In this document: piece after piece, positions 59,314-64,000 of the stretch | Layout: each line of letters begins with the position of its first letter | Numbering within the stretch: position 1 is the first letter of the stretch | From: Gekko japonicus | Taxonomy: Eukaryota | DNA: 64,000 nt | Direction: 5' to 3' | Assembly: GCF_001447785.1 (NCBI RefSeq) | Contig: NW_015173272.1 | Coordinates: 1-64,000 of the forward strand | Made by a program: the position numbers and the translations under genes | Notes under the pieces: generated by a model | Database searches by the model: none | Told to the model about the DNA's origin: nothing | Seen by the model: only the letters and a program-made list of their open reading frames with translations

Positions 59314-60681
59314 AACTGCAAAGTGCAAAGCACAACTGCCCAGTTGTTTATCTAGCTATTTATGTGCCACCTGTTCCTACAGTTCGATGCATGTTACATA
59401 TCCCAATTTTAAGACATACAAAAATGCAATAAATAGCCCCCTTTCCTTTTTAAAAAAGTCTGCACAATACACCCCATGAAATCCCTAAAAATTAAAATGC
59501 CCCCACAGTGCCTTCTAAAAATCTCTAGAGATATTGCTGCCTTCATCTCCTCAGAGAACCTGCACCATAGGTTGGAAGCTACTGTAGAAAAGCATGGACA
59601 ATGTTGGGTGATTGTCATAAGTGGGCATCAACCAGCAGGTGGTAACCTGTGGATCATACTTGGCACATGAAGATATATGGGAAGAGATGGTCCTTTAGAT
59701 ATGTGGGACCTAGGCCGCAAAGATAAAGGTCATAACCAGTTCCTTGCCAAGTAGGAATTTTTGGCTGTTGGGGGAGCCTTTTTTTCGCCTGCTTTATGAT
59801 ATCAGAGGTGGTCAGGTAGGCCTGGTCTTTGTCCTTGTCAGGGCATATCTATTTTGGAAGGGATAAGGTGAGATGATCACGATAGGCAGAGATGATCAGC
59901 AAGCCCCTGAGGCATCAGCAGTGTCCAGAACAGCTCATCACTGGCTGTGCAGTAGGGTGTGACTGAGAAAAAGTGTCCTCAGTGCTGAGCAACATCATTC
60001 TGAACCTGGTAGTGGCTGTGTGGTGCATCAGAGCACATTGTCTGCAGGTGATGGTAAATGAGGCCCATGGAAGACATGGGCCAACTTTGGAGTGAGGGTG
60101 GGTCTGCCCAGTAAGGGCAGCCATTGCCAGGTTGATTATCACAGCCTGGCTTTTAAACATTTAGCATATTTAATATGATGTATATCTGCATATATAATTA
60201 TGTAAATAAACTAGTTAAATCCAGTGTTCTTGTGTCTTCATGGGGGGGGAGTTGGTGGCAAACAGCAAGACTTCCTTTTTTAAAAAAGGAGGAAGGCTAC
60301 AATTTGTATTTCTGATTCATTTGTTCACTGTTTATTCATATAGCTTTCCACACAGCAGTGAACAGCAATTACAGGGTTTTTTTTTGGGGGGGGTCTAGGA
60401 TTCACATTGGCTCGTATAACAAATTAAATACAGCTAATTGCACTGCTAATTTATTTTATTTTATTTTATTTTATTAAACCTGTATTCCACCCTCCCTGCA
60501 AGAAGGCTCAGGATGGGTTACATCAATGTTAAAATGATATACAATAACAAAACCAATTTAAAACAAGATTTAAAAAATAAAATAATCATACGCTTTACTG
60601 TAAATATGTTGACAAAGTTTAATTTTGGTTATAAACTTTTGTGTGCATGCACATGAAACCTTATAGCCAGAATTATACTGT

Positions 60682-61382
60682 GGCCCCGGTCACACGGGCA
60701 GGAAAATGCGGGGAGGAAGCGTGTCTGTTTGCCCCGGAGCAAAATAACGTGGGGCTGTGTGATCAGACATCCCTTAGAGGTCCTGTTGAGGTCCCGTGGT
60801 TAGGGGGGAGGTGCCAATCACAGGACAATCCTGTGGCGTGGCAAAGAAGTGGCCTCTCTAGCAAAAGGCTCCGTGGGTTTAACCCCTTCCAGGGCTGCAG
60901 AGGAATGCAAACTGTGTCCTCGTCTGGTCCCCTCCAGGAGGAGCTTCAGCCGGGCCGCCCTCCCACCACGCCCCCCCTGCACCTCCCCCTCTGCCACCCG
61001 GTGCAGAGTTCCTCTTGAGCAGGCCAAGCCAGGAGTGGGGGGTACGGAAAAGAGGAGGGGGCTGTGTTGTTTGTTTTTAAACAAAGTGTGCGCATGCGCC
61101 ATTGGGTGCTTGTGCACATCCCGTGGAGTCTTGAAAAAAAACCCTTTTAGTGACGGGACATTGGCGGGCGCCGGATGCCACGACCTACCACCGGAAACGC
61201 GATCAGGCACCCGCCCTTGCCCCTCGGAGGTACTAGTTTTTCTTACCCCGCATCTTTGGTGGGAAGCCTCGGGTTCACCACGGGAGCGCTACACTTCCCA
61301 GATGTGGCGCTGTGATCACGCCCAGAAATTCCGCCTATCTTCCGTCTCTGTAGCGTGGCTAATGCTCCGTGTGACCGCAACC
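60682..61382. mobile_element. PIF/Harbinger-like MITE, CpG-rich, inserted in a Penelope-like repeat
   Basis: TIR GGCCCCGGTCACACGG / CCGTGTGACCGCAACC; 3-bp TSD TGT. Confidence 0.75.
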
Positions 61383-62122
61383 TGTGTTGGTCTTCAAGGT
61401 GCCACTGGACTCATGTTTTGTTCTATTGCTTCACACAAACACAGCTACCCACCTGTTTAAATATGTGAAAAGTAATCTGATGAACTGACTTAAGATGCTC
61501 ACAAATAAGTGAACTGTTCAGCAAAACAACAAGTAAACAAATGAAAAACACCTCCCTGCTCTCTGATGGTCAACAAGTTGGTGTCTGAGTTGGTGTGTGA
61601 ATATCCTTAAGTGCAAAGTGTGGGAACGGTGAATATCTGCGTGGCAAACCCAGAATTCACTACTCCTGCCTGGAGATTGGGAACCAGAGTGAATGAGTGC
61701 TAATTGCATAAGGTAAAAACATCTGCTGAGCTCATTGTGTGAAGCTAACTTGGCAGAGAGACGGGGAAAGATAAGGAAGTGCGCTGTCTGCACAAACACA
61801 TTCCATAGTATGCTTGTAATTACTAAATACGTACCAGGAGGAAGAAAAAAGGAGGGGGGGAGTTTTAATAAAAAGATTGTCCAGCCTGGCTGGGGGACAG
61901 ATTTTCTGCAGAGCTGTTTGTGTCCTGTCGTTCTTTTTGAACCCTTCAACCTTCAGCAAAGGATGATTAAATTGATTTGTAAGACAAAAAAATCTCTTCT
62001 CCCACCTTCAATCCTGCTGGATGGGTGGTCTTGAAATCATCTTAAAATCTTCTACTGTCATGCACAGCCTTCACTTTTTTATTTAGGGATACTTCTTTCA
62101 TTTAGATTCATCTCAGACAATA

Positions 62123-64000
62123 CAGAATTGAATTGAATTTTATTGTAACAGCGATTAGCCAGCAATATAAAACCAGAAAAATAAATTACAATGGCCAAAT
62201 AGTAAAATTTCCAAAATTCAACAAGGTAAAAAGAGCTAGCATTGTAAATGTTACGTTCGTTAAAACCAAACTAGAAACGTGCTGCCATAAAACACAGTAT
62301 AGTATAAAAGAGTAAAATATGATACCAAAGGGAACAGTACGAGTTACAATCCAACAGTCCTAACCCGAGCGACAACCAGCATGCTGATGCACTTCTACCA
62401 CCAAGGAACAAAATTTTGCAATCTGATGGAGCGCTGTATGTTCAAGGTTAAGAAACAAGTTCTCCATCTTGTCCTGATCCGAGGTGCCTGCCAAAAGGGG
62501 ATCAATAAGTTTAATACGAGCCTCTTCAAATAACAGGCATCTCAGGAACACATGTTCCCGGGATTCGATCTCCCCCAACGCACACGAGCATAGCCTCTCT
62601 GTTCGGGTTATTTTTTTTTTAAATTTACCCTCAAGAACTGCAGAGGGTAAGGCAGAGCATCTATCCAGAGTATATGCCCTCCTTAGTTTATGGGATTCCA
62701 AAACGTTAAGATATGGGGTCTGCGCAACGATGTATCTGTTACTAATTGGTGCTATAAATGTTGGGGTCGCCTGTAGATCTAATTGGCATTCGGTATCCTT
62801 GATCCTCTGTCTAATTTCTAACTTAGCTCGGTCCCTACCCATCTCCAAAAGCGCTAGGGGAGAATACCCCAAGAGCGAAATTTTCCGCTTGACAGAAATC
62901 AGCCAATTAGATTCAAAGGCATCAGTCAGAATCAGGGGCGCTAGTCCACACGGGTTCAAATTGATCTTCAACCAATAGAAGATGAAGTATAAGGCAATTG
63001 TGGCTTCAACCTTCAGCATGCCAGTCTCTAGCCGTACCATTGCATTGGATACGCATCTCGGAACTTGAAGCACTGCTCTCAGAAATTTCGATTGGACTAG
63101 CTCCAAAGGAGCATAGCTAGATGGAGGGGCTCCAAGCAGCGTTCCGTAGAGCATCTGGGCAAGTGTTTTGGCCTTATAAAGTTTTAAAGCTGCTGGTACA
63201 AAATACCCCCCTCGGGAGCTAAAGAACCTAAGAATACCATGAAAGGATTTTTCACCCGAGCAAGCAGCTGCCTGACTATGGGCAGTCTTAGATCCAGAGG
63301 CTTGGATGATCATGCCTAGGTAGTGAAAGCTAGCTACCTGTTCGATGTTCTGCCCGTTTACCCTCCACTTCCTTAATTTGGGTCTCCTGCCAAAGGCCAT
63401 CACCTTTGTCTTTGCATAATTTATATCCAGCTCCTGCTCACTGCAATAACAAGCAAACTTATTAATTGCCCTTCTCAAGCCAATTGGGGTTCTAGAAAGA
63501 ATAACAGCATCATCGGCATATAACAGTATCGTAATAGAGCGCTGAGCCAGTTTGGGGGGATGAAGATCTGCATCATCTAAGTACCCAACAACATCGTTGA
63601 GGTAAAAGTTAAAAAGAGCAGGAGCTAGCATACAGCCTTGCCTAACTCCCTTTAAGGTGGAAATTCTATCAGTCAAGTGCCCCAACCTGGTATATCTAAC
63701 CCTCAGAGATGTGTGTTCGTGGAGGGCACAAATGAGAGCTAGAAGTCTCCTGTCTATTGAAGAGGCTTCAAGTTTACTCCATAGCATAGGTCTAGAAACA
63801 GAATCGAAGGCCGCTTTGAGATCAATAAAGGCAGCATAAAGTGACGTAGGGCCCTTGCCAGAATATTTTTCAATCAGATGCTGTAGAAGGAGGCAGTGAT
63901 CCATTGTCGACCTACCCTGCCTAAACCCATCTTGCTCCTGTATCATTATATCCTCTTGCTCCAGCCATAGTGTCAGTTTTTCTAGGAGATGTTTGGCATA
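62123..64000 (-). mobile_element. Young RTE/RTEX-clade LINE with an open RT ORF (62360 to beyond 63946), running off the window
   Basis: GFRQGRST, FIDLKAAFDSV, GVRQGC.LAP.LF, YADD and a C-terminal C.C....ES.EH...C motif; (AATTC)n tail. Confidence 0.93.

Noticed and set aside
1-64000. CRISPR arrays or prokaryotic operons/defence systems
   Set aside because: The sequence is clearly vertebrate; there is no regularly spaced repeat-spacer array, and the RT and YR domains belong to retrotransposons.

Overview
Vertebrate genomic DNA, most likely a squamate and probably a gecko (inferred from Sauria SINE, Squam3-like SINE and BovB repeats). The window is part of an olfactory receptor (OR) cluster with five intact single-exon OR ORFs. 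Three are recent tandem paralogues on + (415, 15585, 36941) that sit in segmental duplicates. The other two are a divergent OR on - (44136) and an OR on + (58381). Intergenic DNA is dense in transposons: a decayed Ngaro/DIRS-type tyrosine-recombinase retrotransposon carrying nested insertions, RTE/RTEX, L1, L2, CR1 and BovB LINE pieces, SINEs, hAT and Harbinger MITEs with clear TSDs, and solo LTRs. The most unusual items are a CpG-decayed SOX15-like HMG-box pseudogene, an ORF1-only (HAL1-like) L1 with TSDs, a ~2 kb imperfect palindrome of head-to-head LTR-like units, a segment resembling the insect Lep1 Helitron, and out-of-frame upstream ATGs overlapping the starts of two OR paralogues. There are four N gaps. 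All calls are by eye; repeat family names come from recalled consensus features and need database confirmation.
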